In this document: in pieces, positions 24,853 through 36,760 of the stretch
Numbering within the stretch: position 1 is the stretch's first letter
Layout of the letters: every line of letters begins with the position of its first letter
DNA from: Chiloscyllium plagiosum
Lineage: Eukaryota
Direction: 5' to 3'
Assembly: GCF_004010195.1 (NCBI RefSeq)
Contig: NC_057753.1
Location: 12,358,842-12,399,864 of the forward strand
DNA: 41,023 nucleotides
Program-made: the position numbers and the translations under genes
Notes under the pieces: generated by a model
Told to the model about the DNA's origin: nothing
Database searches by the model: none
The model's input: the letters and a program-made list of their open reading frames with translations, nothing else

Positions 24853-26464
24853 TAACTAAGGTGCATTTTACGACTTCATTATCCCTTTGGAGACTCTCAC
24901 TCGCAATAAATAAGGGAAGACATCGTTGTTTCGCAGAGCAGGGCTGTGCAAGTTCTGCAATTCCTTGAGTTTATGAAGGGCAATGCACGGACCAGCGAAT
25001 GGCCCCGTATCTGCCTTATGCTTTACTATTCTCGCTGCAACTGATGCCCTGGTTATTTGTGGATCGGAATGCTTTTGTAAATCTTCAGAATTCCTGTCCC
25101 TTTCCTTTCAGATTAGGGCTGAGTCACTTTAACATGCTGCAATTTCTGCGTAGTCGGATGTCAATCAGGTTATAATTTATGTGTTGCATTATACTTTATT
25201 GTAGAGTGTTGTGTCTAGTTTTGAACACATTACCTCATTCGACTTTTATTCTGGGCATTACAGAATTATACTCAAATTATTGTGATGTATTCTTAAAGAA
25301 ATACTGCTTCATGACTTCTGAAGAGCGAGTAGTAATGTATAACTTTTAATCAGTCTGTATATTATTGATAAGTCTATTCTATCCTAATGTAGCAAAATTC
25401 AATGTTGCGCTTTCGTAATTGTGGGGAATAACAGCGTTTCACAGTCTTGGAAAATTATTTTTCCTTTTTTTAAGTTGTGGAACATGAATAATTACAGGAC
25501 AAGCATTACAGCAGGTTAATTGTAATATCAAAGTAAAAACTTTCGTGTGTTATACGAGTGTAGAGCACAATATCTAATCACAGATTTGCGACTTCATGAT
25601 GGGGGATCCCAGTTGTGAACGTGGTTTTAGGCATTTGTAATAGAAACTGTTGAAAGAAGTGAATGGCGATCCACGATTCTCCATTGTAGGAATTTTTGAT
25701 AAATTTTCCTTGTTTACATTTATATGTTTACAAATTGGATGATTATAGCTACTGCTGGTTTTTGCAGCAGTGACTCTCAGTTTTCAATTTCGAATGTAGT
25801 TTCGCTGGTTATTTCAGAGGTGCACTCGTTTTCATGCAAACTGTTACACAAGGAGAATGTTATCAATAGTTTGAAACATGTCTGACTTTTAAAGATGTTG
25901 CTAAAGAGGGAAAAAGAGAGGGTGCTACCAAGGGAGAGAATTACAGAGGTTGGGGCCTGGACACTAGTGAAATGATAAATATGATGGAAATGCACAAGAC
26001 CAGAATGTAGGTATTCTGAGATCTCAGATAGTTTTGGATGCTCAGGGGTTGCGGGGTTGGATGTTATGGGAGTTCTTGAGATTTGGAGGTAGGGTTATTG
26101 CATGAAGATATTATCCGAATTCAAGGTAAAAAAAAGTTAGCAGGAATAGACTTTGATCGATCGACTTGATGCAATAAATGACACGGGGCTTCAACCGTTT
26201 GCATTAAGGGTAAGCTGGAAAACCAGCGACATGGACTGATTGAGTGACTGGTCAGTGTAGTGGCAATGACAAATTGAAATAACTTTTGTCATGTTTAATA
26301 AACGATGAACAAATGCGATTTGCTTCATTATATGATGCTTTACATCATAACATTTCTGGTGGTGTCTCAGGAAGCAATCTTACAGTTTTAGCAAAGATTG
26401 GATGTGAAAGTAACTAGTAGTTAAATTGTACTCCACGTTATTTCACTCTTTTGTTTTCTTACAT

Positions 26465-27372
26465 GAAATTTGATAATGATTGTGATACTTTACCAAACAC
26501 GATGCGGTCGTCTCATGGCATCACCGATGACTTGTTTTCAATTGCAGTGACTGACTAATTTGTTATCATTGTCGTTGTCATAAGCAATCGCACTGACAAC
26601 ATTTATTTTAGGTAGAACTTCTTATCCACCACCACCAGGTGCAGGATCGGCACTGTATTGATCTGTATCAGCCGGTATGGCTGTGTTGGTTGACTGTTGC
26701 CTTTATCATCGACCGTTTTGTGGTCATCATCTACCAGACACAGAAGGTCAGGTACTGCACTGAGGAAATTAAATCACTCGTCATAAGAATCGTCTGTTTT
26801 CTGAGCTATATCAAGAATGCCCCTTTTGTCTTCGTCTACCAAAGCTTATAGATCCAAGATGGGAAGGCCTGTTTTAGTGACTTAACGTCCAGCTATTAAA
26901 TCTCGAGGCATGGCAGAGTTATCACCGGCTGAATCATATGTTAAACCTCTTTCTCCCTTTCCTGCTTATTCTCCTGCTCAGCGCCCTGACGGTTTGGCAC
27001 ATTCTGGCAGCAAGCAGAACTCGGAAGAGGCTCTGGCGCGCTGAGAATTACAAGGATGCTGAATTGGCCAAACGCAAGAAGACCATTATCTTGCTGTGCA
27101 CAATCCCAATCAGCTTCCTCCTCCCCTGGGCCAGCTATATCGGGCGATTATTCTCTGTGAAGTTTACAGGGGAGGGAAACATTGGAGGAATTGATTTCAG
27201 TGACATCCAATGCATCCTTTATGAGATGACCAATCTGGTTCAGTTACTCAGTTCTTGTGTTAATGCATTAATATATGCAGTGACGCAAACCAAGTTCTGG
27301 CAGGAGCTGACCAGTCTGCTGAAATGTCCCTAAAAGTTCTTCAACAGTTGCCTGAAACGATTAAAACAGTAA
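26465..27372 (+). pseudogene. GPR139-like: GPR139/GPR142-like class A GPCR pseudogene, main (second) exon
   Basis: NLIMIVIL..RCG..IAVTD*FVII..WLTVAFIIDRFVVIIYQTQKVRYCTEE..KNAPF..LNLFLPFLLILLLSALTVWHILAASRTRKRL..DAELAKRKKTIILL..LLSSCVNALIYAVTQTKF; stops and frameshifts in the 5' half. Confidence 0.92.
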
Positions 27373-27424
27373 CAAACCACCCCCACCCCGCCACTTTATT
27401 TATATTCTATTTGTGTGGTTTCCC

Positions 27425-27490
27425 GTCTCTCTCACTCTCTCTCTTTCTCTCTCCCTCCCTCTCTCTCTTTCACACGCACTCACACAAACA
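27425..27490. repeat. (CT)n/(CA)n microsatellite
   Basis: Direct inspection. Confidence 0.8.
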
Positions 27491-28229
27491 TATAATTGAA
27501 TAAGAAAGTTGCATTTTCATGACCCTGCCCTCTTCACATTTAAGTTCAATTCTCATCCTGTGAAAGCTTTATATTGATAGTATGATTTAAAAAAAAGAAC
27601 TGTGGGAGGTTCTGTGTGTTTCGTTGAGATGCCACACCTTTATGTGCTTTCATCGCCATTATTTCAGCAATCCAGTAATCTGGGCTGATGTTTGTGCTTC
27701 AAATACATCCTTTGCCCCATCCATTCCTCCGTGCATTCCTCTTATTTTTTTTTCCTGCTTCAATGATTTTAATCCTTATTTACCCCAAACTCTACTTCTT
27801 GCTGTCGTTTTTCTTCAACATCTCCCAGAGGAAAGCCCATGAACCTGGACGAAGTTTTAGATCTGCGCCTTTGGTCACAAGATGTACGGTTCTATTATTT
27901 TTGTAACCTATTATAGAATCCACATGGTAGCGATGCATTTTAGACTTTTCAACCGAAAAATATCAGAGAAACAGATTGAAGTTTCCAATCCAAAAGTGGC
28001 TGCTCTTCACATTGTGTCATTTTATCTTGTTCAAAATGAAGCAAGGAGTTGATATGTTGCTGTCAGGATTCACACAGCAATCGATCATATAGGTCTCCAT
28101 AAACACGAAATGTCCAGACAATCTGCTGGCCACCTTTGACCACAATAAGGAATCCGACAAATACTGAAATAAACGTCACCATTTCCCAGAAATTTGCTGG
28201 AAACATTATATTGCAGGGATTGTGAGCAG

Positions 28230-29470
28230 TTTTCTCCCTGCAGTGGCAGGGAAAGGTGCCAGGAGTCGGGTGCGGGCTGCTGTGGGGGGCGGGGGGTTGG
28301 ACCTTATGAGGGAGTCGCAGAGGGAACGATCTTTTCAGAACGCTGATAGGGGTGTGGAGGGAATTATATCTCTGGTGATAGTGTCCGTTTAGAGGTGGCG
28401 GAAGTGGCGGAGGATGATGCTTTGCTTGCAGAGGTTGATGGGGCAGAATGTGAGGACCTACTCCTGCATCTATTGTATATTGACCTGAGGGGTTCGGTCC
28501 TTGTTGTGTTTGGAGAGGTAGGGATCAAGGACAGTGATGCGTGCAGTGGAGGAGATGCCCTGCAGGGCGTCGTCAACCACGTGGGAATGGAAGTTGTTTT
28601 CGTGGAAGAAGGAGGCTATCTGCGACTTTCTGAGTTGCAATTGGTCATCCTGTGAACAGATGCGGTGGAGGCGGAGGAAATGGGAATAAAAAAATGGCGT
28701 ATTTACAGGAGGTAGTGTGGGAGGAAGTGTAGTCTAGCTAGCTGTGGAAGTTGGTGGGCTTGTAGGCGGAGGGATTGTGAATAAGGGATGGCGTTTTTAC
28801 AGGAGGTAAAGTGCGTGGAAGTGTCGTCTCGATAGCTGTGGAAGTAGGTTGGCTTGTAATATATGTCTGTGGTTAATCGGTCGCCAGAGACGGTGATGGA
28901 GCGGTCCATGAAAGAGAGGGAGGTTTCTGAGATGGTTCAGGTGAAATTGAAGTCGGGATGGAAGGTGTTGGTAAAGTTGATGAACTGTTAAACCTCCTGG
29001 TGGGAGCACAAGGCGGAGCTGAAACAGTCAGTGATGTTATGGAGGAACAGGTGGGTTTCATGCGGACTTCTCAGACAAACAGCCAGGCATAGCTGGGTCC
29101 CGTGCGGGGTCCCAAGACTAACCTTTTGGTTTGGAGGGAGTGGGAGGATTTTAAGGAGAGGTTTTTGAGGGTGAAGACCAGGTCAGCCAGGAGGATGAGG
29201 GTGTTGGTGGAAGGGTACTGGTTGGAACGGCGTGAGAGGAAGAAACAGAGGGCTTGGAGACCTTTGTCATGGTGGATCGATGTGTGCAGAGACTGGATAT
29301 CCATGGTGAAGATGAGGCGTTGGGTATGGGGAAACGAAAATCTTGGAGGATGTGAAGGGCTTGGGTGGTGTCACGAACGGAGACGGGACGTTCCTGGACT
29401 AAGGGGGCAGGACGGTGTCGAGGTAGGAAGAGATGAGTTCGGTGGGATAGGCGCAGGCTGAGACATACAG
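28230..29470 (-). mobile_element. Penelope-like element (Neptune-type) RT region, decayed
   Basis: MDIQSLHTSIHHDKGLQAL..LVFTLKN..GPSYAWLFV; degenerate YIDD region; DRLTTDIYYKPT..CKNAIPYSQ; homologous to 40281-40680. Confidence 0.9.
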
Positions 29471-29949
29471 ACGTCTATCCAACGACTTTTGTTTTGGAAT
29501 TTAATGACCGTTGCCACACAGTGATACAATTTTTTAGTGTTATCAAGATATTGCAAATACTGGATTTTGTTGCAAACTATGCCTTTGTTGCAAGTTCTGT
29601 TTGTTCCTTAAGTTGCAAAGCCATGGATGCAAAAAACTGAGAGATAGAATTCTGCAACAGTTGTCCTGAATATTCCCCGAAGCATAGGCACCTGGCAGTC
29701 GCAGGAGAAGGCCTTTCAGTCTGCAGGAGCACTGCCGTCTCTGAGCTGAGTGATTCAGTTAATAATTCCCTACTAACTTCCCAGACACGTTGCATATGTT
29801 TACAATTCAAAAACACTCAAATCCCCTTTCGTCTGATCAAGCTCCCCATTAAGTAGTTTCTTTCATTGCAAATTAAACTTCTTCAAAGATAAATCGTTCT
29901 CAAGTTCCTATATGAATCTTTCTCAGAATTTGGTGCAGCACTGGGATCA

Positions 29950-30135
29950 ACGAGTGTGAATGGAAGAGAGTTTATGAGTTTAAGATAAAGAGGGTCTGTG
30001 TGTCCATGTGAGTGAGTGAGAGCTTTTCTGGGAGCACATTTGAAAATGAGAGAATGTGAATGACAGACAGTGCATGTAAGTATGAGTAATAATTTGAGAA
30101 TGAGTTTGACAGTCTGAGAATGAATGAATGTGTGT
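29950..30135. repeat. Degenerate GAGT/GAAT low-complexity tract
   Basis: Direct inspection. Confidence 0.55.
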
Positions 30136-30169
30136 TTTCCCCACTTACTGATACATAAGTGATATTATC

Positions 30170-30423
30170 TGGGTGAGCGACTGGTCACCCGCTCCGATTG
30201 TGGGAAGGGGTTTTCTCGATTCTCTGAAGTGTGCGCACACCAACTGGCCAACAAGAGTAGACCTTTTAAAAGTCCTGATCGGATTAGCAGCTTTAAAAAC
30301 AGGCACGGATTGCTGACAAAACAAGAGCATTAGACTCGAGGGAGGCCATTCACTTGCTCCCACTATGGGAGAGAGCTTACTCAGCCGTCACCTTTAGTGA
30401 GACACCAGAGAGTTCACCATTGA
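30170..30423 (+). pseudogene. C2H2 zinc-finger pseudogene, last three fingers
   Basis: GERLVTRSDCGKGFSRFS..HQ..RPFKSPD..SFK..RPFTCSHYGRELTQPSPLVRHQRVHH*; sequence after the stop resembles that after 12712. Confidence 0.82.
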
Positions 30424-31384
30424 CGGCAGGGTTATTATTACATGTAGTTACATTCAGAATTGAAGCATGTTGATTCTGAGGTCAGAGAAATTTACTACCC
30501 TAAGCGGACAATCGTATAACGGATGTTTTTCTTCAATTGGATTCAATCTTTTGTTCCCCTTACTTTGAGCAGACGGCCTGATTAAAGTAATTTCTGATAG
30601 ATTTATGAAACAGAAAGTGCCACAACTAGTAATGTATCAATCAAAACATCTTCAGCCATAAAGAATGCATTCAAAGTAGCAGACCCCATATCAACAGACT
30701 TCACATTGAATTGAGCAGAACGTATTCAAAGTTACATCATTTTCGTTCAGAATTCAAAAAAGTCGAAACATGTCTGGAAGAGTCTCTGACCATTGACTTA
30801 TGTTTAAATGTCAATATGTGTCATGCAAAACCCTGAGAACTCCTTTCTTCTTCAATCAAATCAGCTGATAAAAGATTCATTCATTTCCCATAATCGAGCG
30901 AGAAGTTCCATCTGTTAGGAATAGAAAGAAGTATGGAATTCGAAAACAAACAGATCAGTTATGATTTTATTGTTTAGCAGAACAGTATGGCTGAGTTCGG
31001 TCGTATTTCTTATATTTCCATGTTTAACTGGGAATGAGGTAATGGCTAACTGCAATGTCATACTTTTAACTTTATATACGAATAAGCGTAAACAGGGAAT
31101 AAAACAATTAATTTTGTTCTAGAATCTGCCCGAGACTCTCGAATTAGGTGAGTTTTTCGATGATGAATCTATGCAGTCGATGCAGACAGCCAATCGCCTC
31201 TCGGGAACTTGAAAATATCCGTCCTCAAAATTTTACTTGAGTGACATGCAATCTTTGAGGGAATTTAAAAGGTAGAGCTAGGAGTGAATGTTTGATGGAT
31301 TAGAGCAGAATGAGAGTGTGAAGACATTGCTCGGCTCAGTGACCATGAAATGTGTTGATTATTCTGATTATTTATAGCACTTAT

Positions 31385-31880
31385 GCATCCAACTTACATG
31401 TGGTGTTAGAATGTCGTTTGTGTGACTGGAGGCCAGTGTCCAGTGGTGTACAGTCGGGTACAGTGCTGCGTTCCTTATTGGTCATTGCAAATACAATCGA
31501 TGTCTATGAGAGTGTGGCAGAGGTATGGGATGGGGGAAATGGCAACTAATTATGATCTGACTGAAAATTTTGCCGGATGGTTGGCAGTGACGATGATGGT
31601 CATAGGTTACTGGTAGATATAAACAAATTGGTTATGTGGCAGATCAGTGGCAGATGGAATTTAACCCACATAATTGTGAAGTGATGCATTTCGAAGGAAG
31701 TAGGAAAAAATTCATTAAATGAATGCTAGGAAACTAGGAAGCTTGAGGAACAGAGGTATCAGGGGGTGCTTGTCCACAGATCACTGAAGGCATCAGGGAA
31801 GGTTCTTGCGGAAGTTTAGAAGGCATTGAGGACACTTGCCGTTATCAATGGGGGCATGTATTATAAGTACAGGGAGGTAG
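31385..31880 (+). mobile_element. Old CR1 RT C-terminal fragment
   Basis: CDWRPVSSGVQSGTVLRSLL; cagtggcagatggaatttaac (QWQMEFN); gaagtgatgcatttc. Confidence 0.8.
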
Positions 31881-31914
31881 AACCTCACTTCTCCCCCATT
31901 TTTAGCATATATAT

Positions 31915-32250
31915 CACAAATACCTAACATAAACAGACAGAGGTACAGCATTCACACAGGAACATAGACAAAATATTATCCTTCGGAAGACAGATCTACA
32001 ACACACAAGGATGCATATACTCACCAATAAAGATGTACAGGGAAAACACAAATTCAAACGACACAGGGAGAGAGCGCGTGTCTTATGAGTTGACGTAGAC
32101 AAATATTGACAGATGTACACTTTTGCATGAACACGCAGACAGACACACAGTCACTTGTCCCTCTGTGGACAGATATTGTTACAAAAAAGAAACACAGACA
32201 CAAATGCAGGTCCACAGAAAGAAAAACGCAAAACGCGTGCACGACTGTAC
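31915..32250. repeat. Degenerate CA-rich simple sequence
   Basis: Direct inspection. Confidence 0.55.
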
Positions 32251-32257
32251 TCCTCCA

Positions 32258-32470
32258 CCATAAGATCATAAGACAATAAGAGGTAGGGGCAGAAATACGA
32301 AATTCGGCCAATCGAGTCTGCTCCACCATTCAATGACATCATGGCTGATCGATAATGTTCATCTCCACATTCCTGCTTATGTTCATAACTCTTGATTCAC
32401 TTCATGATTACAAATCTATCTATGTCAGCCTTGAATATAAATAAAAATCGAACCTTGATTGCCTGGAACT
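32258..32470 (-). mobile_element. CR1 3' end
   Basis: cataaga repeats then attcggccaatcgagtctgctccaccattcaat; same pattern at 37949-38020. Confidence 0.75.
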
Positions 32471-32699
32471 CATTTAATTTCACACAGACTGGACAAAGCA
32501 TGGGAAACGACACATTTGGGATTCCTAGTCACAGAAATTGCTGGTATACAATTTCAGCGAGAAATACGGAGCACAACTGTAACGTTGTTTTTGTTTTGAT
32601 TCACAGGAAAAGAAATATAAACACAGCGAGGTTTTGTTAAAATTGCACAAGCCACTACTAAGACACAACAGGATAGAAACACTTTCTTGTGAGGAGTAT

Positions 32700-32965
32700 T
32701 TGAGTTTATTTGGGACATTAACTCATTGGAAATTAGAAGATGAGAGTTGATTTTATTGAAATATAGAGGTTTCTTAGAAGAGTAGACAGTGTAGATGCGA
32801 AAAAGTTGTTTCTCCTTGTGCGAGGTTCATGATCAAGAGGACCACATGTTTCACACAGAGATGAAGAGGATTTTCTTTTCTGAGAGGATAGTGAAACTGT
32901 GGAATTCTTTGCCATAGAGGTTCAAGAGGCCAGCTTGTTAAGTCCATTCAAGTCTTCGAAAGTGG
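32700..32965 (+). mobile_element. Old CR1 3' coding fragment
   Basis: ttagaagatgagagttgattttattgaaatatagagg (RRxRxDxIExYK-like); gagatgaagagga..ctgtggaattc. Confidence 0.7.
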
Positions 32966-33036
32966 AGGTGACGCTGATGAATGCAGACATCTTTTCACTG
33001 AGTGTCGGAGCAGACTGGATTGTACTATCTCATGTG

Positions 33037-33130
33037 CTGAAAATGTGTTGCTGGAAAAGCGCAGCAGGTCAGGCAGCATCCAAGGAACAGGAGAATCGAC
33101 GTTTCGGGCATAAGCCCTTCTTCAGGGCTA
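33037..33130 (-). mobile_element. 94-bp Penelope-terminus mini-insertion with hammerhead core, flanked by a 14-bp TSD
   Basis: tactatctcatgtg at 33023-33036 and 33131-33144; insert highly similar to 39797-39873. Confidence 0.92.
33098..33125 (-). ncRNA. Hammerhead ribozyme core, stem I 5' strand missing
   Basis: Minus strand CTGAAGA-a-gggc[ttat]gccc-GAAACGTC. Confidence 0.7.
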
Positions 33131-33699
33131 TACTATCTCATGTGACCTACTTCAGCTCCTACTTCTTGTTGTCTTAATACCTTCCAATTTGCCTGTGAGG
33201 TCACTGCCTAATTCGTGAATTTCGCTTTCCCCGAGATATCGAGAATAATTTGCAAACAACAGAAATTCATACGGTTTTCATAATATGTAATTTTCCACGT
33301 TTTTCAAGTGTGCAACTAGATACTAAGAAGAGACACCACATAAACCACGCAACGATTCTAGTAGTTTCCTTCCTTATTTCCATGAGCATTTTGGCACGTA
33401 ACAGATGATAGCTTCTTTTGCAATGGGAGGTTGCAATTTGAAATCAATTCTCAGTTTGTCTGTGGTTTTTGAAACATAATTGATGATTCACTTCCAGGAG
33501 GCTGTCATTTCTTGTGACATAGAGCATGGATGTCATACCCTGTCTCAAAACCACTACCTCTTTATGTTTGGAGTATGCCCAGGTACTTTCCATTATATAT
33601 TTAAAATATTGGGGTGTAAAATATATGGTAAAACATCGAAGGCTGCAGATTCAGTGGTGGATAATGTTCCTGTATTGCATAATGCACAGTGAAAAGTAC

Positions 33700-34750
33700 T
33701 AATTGGGTTCAGTTGCATGAAAATTGGGGGAAAAGTCTAAAAGGGGAAAGGGCGCAGGAGATATTATTAAAGTTTTTCAAACCCCTAATGGAACATGGGG
33801 AGTGTGACAATTTTCACGAATCTAATTTCAAGGACAGAAGGTGACGCAATAACCCTGACAATGGTGCTGTTAGTGTAGGATGAGAATGTTTCATTTCAAT
33901 GTATACAATGTACTAAATAATGTAATAGAGCTTTTGGCAAATTTGCGAGTACTATGTTGTGGATGTCACTGTTATGCAATTACAAAGGGATCGGTGCTGA
34001 GCACAAAAGATGTAAAGATATTGAAAGGATAGGCAGATATACAGAGTGGCGGAGTTATCTTGCTCATAAGAAATGAACTTAAATTAATAACAAGGAATGA
34101 TTTTGGGTTGGGAAGCGTTGAAGGTGTATGGGAAGAGTTGAGAAACAAGGCACTGGTAATATTAATGGACAGGCCTTCTCGAGAGCCGAAAATACACACA
34201 AAAAATGAAAAAGGCATGTCATCAATACGTAGGTTGTTTGGGAAAATTAGGTTGTTGGTGGATCCCAAGTAAATGAATTAGTAGAATATTTATGAGATAC
34301 TGTTGTTTTCGAGCAGCTTGAGAGAGAGCCCACCAAAACAGATAATTCTGGATTTAGCGTTACGCAATGAGGCAAACTTCAATAGAGAGTTTAAGTTGAT
34401 GGAAATCGTAGGGCATAGTGATCATAATATGAGAAAATTCAACTTACAGTTTGAGTGAGAGTAACTTGAAGCAACTGATTATATAATTAAATAAATTAAC
34501 TACGAAGACATGAGGAAGGAGCTGGTCAGAGTTCATTGCTCGTGAAGCCTAGCAGGTAAGACGATAGAGCAGCAATGGTAGGAGTTCTTGGAGATACTTC
34601 GTGAAGATAGCAGCAATTCAATAGTGGAAATAAGCAGCATCTAAGGGGACAACAAGACAATCATGGTTGAGAATGAAGTCAGGGACAGCATGAAAACAAA
34701 AAGAAAAGAGAAGTAGGAAGTCAGAGGAATGCAAAGAATTTAAAAATGCG
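33700..34750 (+). mobile_element. Old CR1 ORF2 endonuclease region
   Basis: GGVILLIRNE..SVEGVWEELRNK; gagcccacca..ataattctggatttagcg (EPT..ILDL); agtgatcataat (SDHN). Confidence 0.8.
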
Positions 34751-35082
34751 CTTGAATGGGAGATTTATTTACTTGAAAACAAAACTGTGAGATTTGAACT
34801 TACGTCATAACCCCCTGCAATACTACTCAAAGAACATTAGCGCATGTTTCGATGCAATTAACAAGATTCCATTGACGATGCATGCCAAGTATTCATCGTT
34901 CTTTTCAGTCATTCAATGGATATTTTCATCCTGGTCTTTAAAAGGCGTTAGTTAGGTTGAAAGTTTACTGAGCATATGCCATTACCACACATAGCTGTCG
35001 GATTATTAGGACCTATATTCAATGGTCAGTGGCCTCACTTGCGTATTAAAACAGCAATTTTCACAATTAGTGAATGACTCAC

Positions 35083-35151
35083 CTGGAACTCCGATGGCAG
35101 CAAACATTGGATAGTAAATTGCATAAACTGGATCGTTATTCGGCCGTGCAT
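35083..35151 (-). pseudogene. GPR139-like: GPR139-like first coding exon, frameshifted
   Basis: ATG CAC GGC CGA ATA AC / GAT CCA GTT TAT GCA ATT TAC TAT CCA ATG TTT GCT GCC ATC GGA GTT CCA G|gtgagt = MHGRI-fs-DPVYAIYYPMFAAIGVP with a phase-1 donor. Confidence 0.82.
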
Positions 35152-35233
35152 GTTTGTAATCTATGAAACAATATTCTCTGCTGCTGATTGTCGATCACAA
35201 AGATTGTCTGTGACAGGCTCAGAGATCTGCCAA

Positions 35234-35239
35234 TTTATA
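35234..35239 (-). promoter_or_regulatory. Candidate TATA box
   Basis: TATAAA on the minus strand about 83 bp upstream of the exon-1 ATG; position is the only support. Confidence 0.3.
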
Positions 35240-35999
35240 AAGGTTACAAACCCACAAAGAGCCAATTAGGCTTCCCAATTATTTTGAGCTCTTTTAACAA
35301 ACAGACACTGCTGCGACATTCCATTTGCAAGACATGAAAACTTTGGAAAATGCCTGTGAGATCGACATCGAATCCTGATGTATTTTGGTGCATGATATGC
35401 TTGGTCTTCAGCAAAATATAAATGGCCTTACACCTGCGGGATTTTGATTCTGTGATACAATGAAAGTATGTCGTTGACCATGAAACCAGAACAAAAGCAC
35501 TGTGATTGCAGCAGAAAAGTGGGGATGACGTTGACAATGGTGATCACATACTATTGACTGTACTTACACTACAGACGTTATGCTGACGCAACAGAGAACG
35601 TTTCATTACAATAGATGTTACACACACACAAATCAAAGACAGAAAGGCTAAACTCAGAACGATAACGATGAGAAACAAATTGTAAATAGCTGGAAACAAG
35701 GGCAACATAAGGTTAGGCTGGCAGAGACTGTAGGACCTTCAAAGACCTGTTAGCGACCGTCTTTCGGATGTTTCAAGTCAGGATGATCTATGATGTTAGG
35801 AAAATTGCATATTTGTATGTTCATATGTAATATGTTGCTGCCAATCCTTCTAAATAGTGGAATTTGCAGGAGTGAAGGCGGTATTCGAAGGGAATCAAAT
35901 GAGTAATTAGAATGCATTTTGTACATGGGGCAAGAATGCTCTTAATGTACATTTTCGTGAATATGTCAGGCAGGAAATTAGAAGCAATCATGTGATTTA

Positions 36000-36760
36000 T
36001 CATTTTGGATATTGCCAGGCTTCTTGAGTCATGCTGGATCTAGATTCATTGGCCACGTGGAGTGTTTTCCATCACATTATTGATTTTTGGCTTGTAGATG
36101 ATGAACGGTGGACAGTAAGTGTGAGTAAAAGAAATGACTTAATTGCCACATAATTCCAAGCCTCGAGCCTACTCTTAAAGCTATAATATTTATTTTTCTA
36201 GTCTATTGAAATTCCTGGTCACTACAAAACCTGGAATCTGATTATCATGGATCCAGCTGTGCGAAAGTAATTGAATATCAGGAGGCGATTGTTATCGTCA
36301 TCCTTGTTAGAGTTAGTCACTTCGAGGCATTTACGTGGCACACTTACTATTTTCACTTAACATTGCACAGTGTTTCAAATAGACTGAGTCATAGATAGGT
36401 TCAGTAACTGAGAAGTTGGTAATGATATTGAATGTTGTGCAATCATCAAAGATCATCTACACTTCCAACAATTTAATCGAGTGAACATGCGTGATGAGGA
36501 AGATGATAAAGTTTTGACATTGAAGACTACTCTATCGAACTTGCATGGTGATTGACCTGTGGTTGAGATGAATGACCTTCGAAAATCAGAATCCTGCCAG
36601 GTATCACTGCAACTGCGAGAGATTAAGTCAGTTTCATCGACTTTATGTTTGGTTAAATGCAATATTGTTCTTAAGGACAATCACTCTCAATTCACATCTG
36701 ACATTTTTGGACCACGGCTGTAATGTGGTTAACAGATGAGTGGATGTGGCATAAATCAGA
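36000..36760 (-). mobile_element. Decayed CR1/L2-group LINE RT fragment, same family as 17225-19375
   Basis: ggagtgttttccatcacatt..ggcttgtagatgatgaac is the reverse complement counterpart of 18865-18912. Confidence 0.65.

Noticed and set aside
25700..25785. LLLVFAAVTL as exon 1 of the plus-strand GPCR
   Set aside because: Weak similarity and no good donor
26938..27333. 131-aa GPCR ORF as a functional gene
   Set aside because: Covers only TM5-TM7; upstream part has stops and frameshifts
29577..29816. FLNCKHMQRVW resembling an L1/Tx1 C-terminal zinc knuckle
   Set aside because: Single short motif without supporting context
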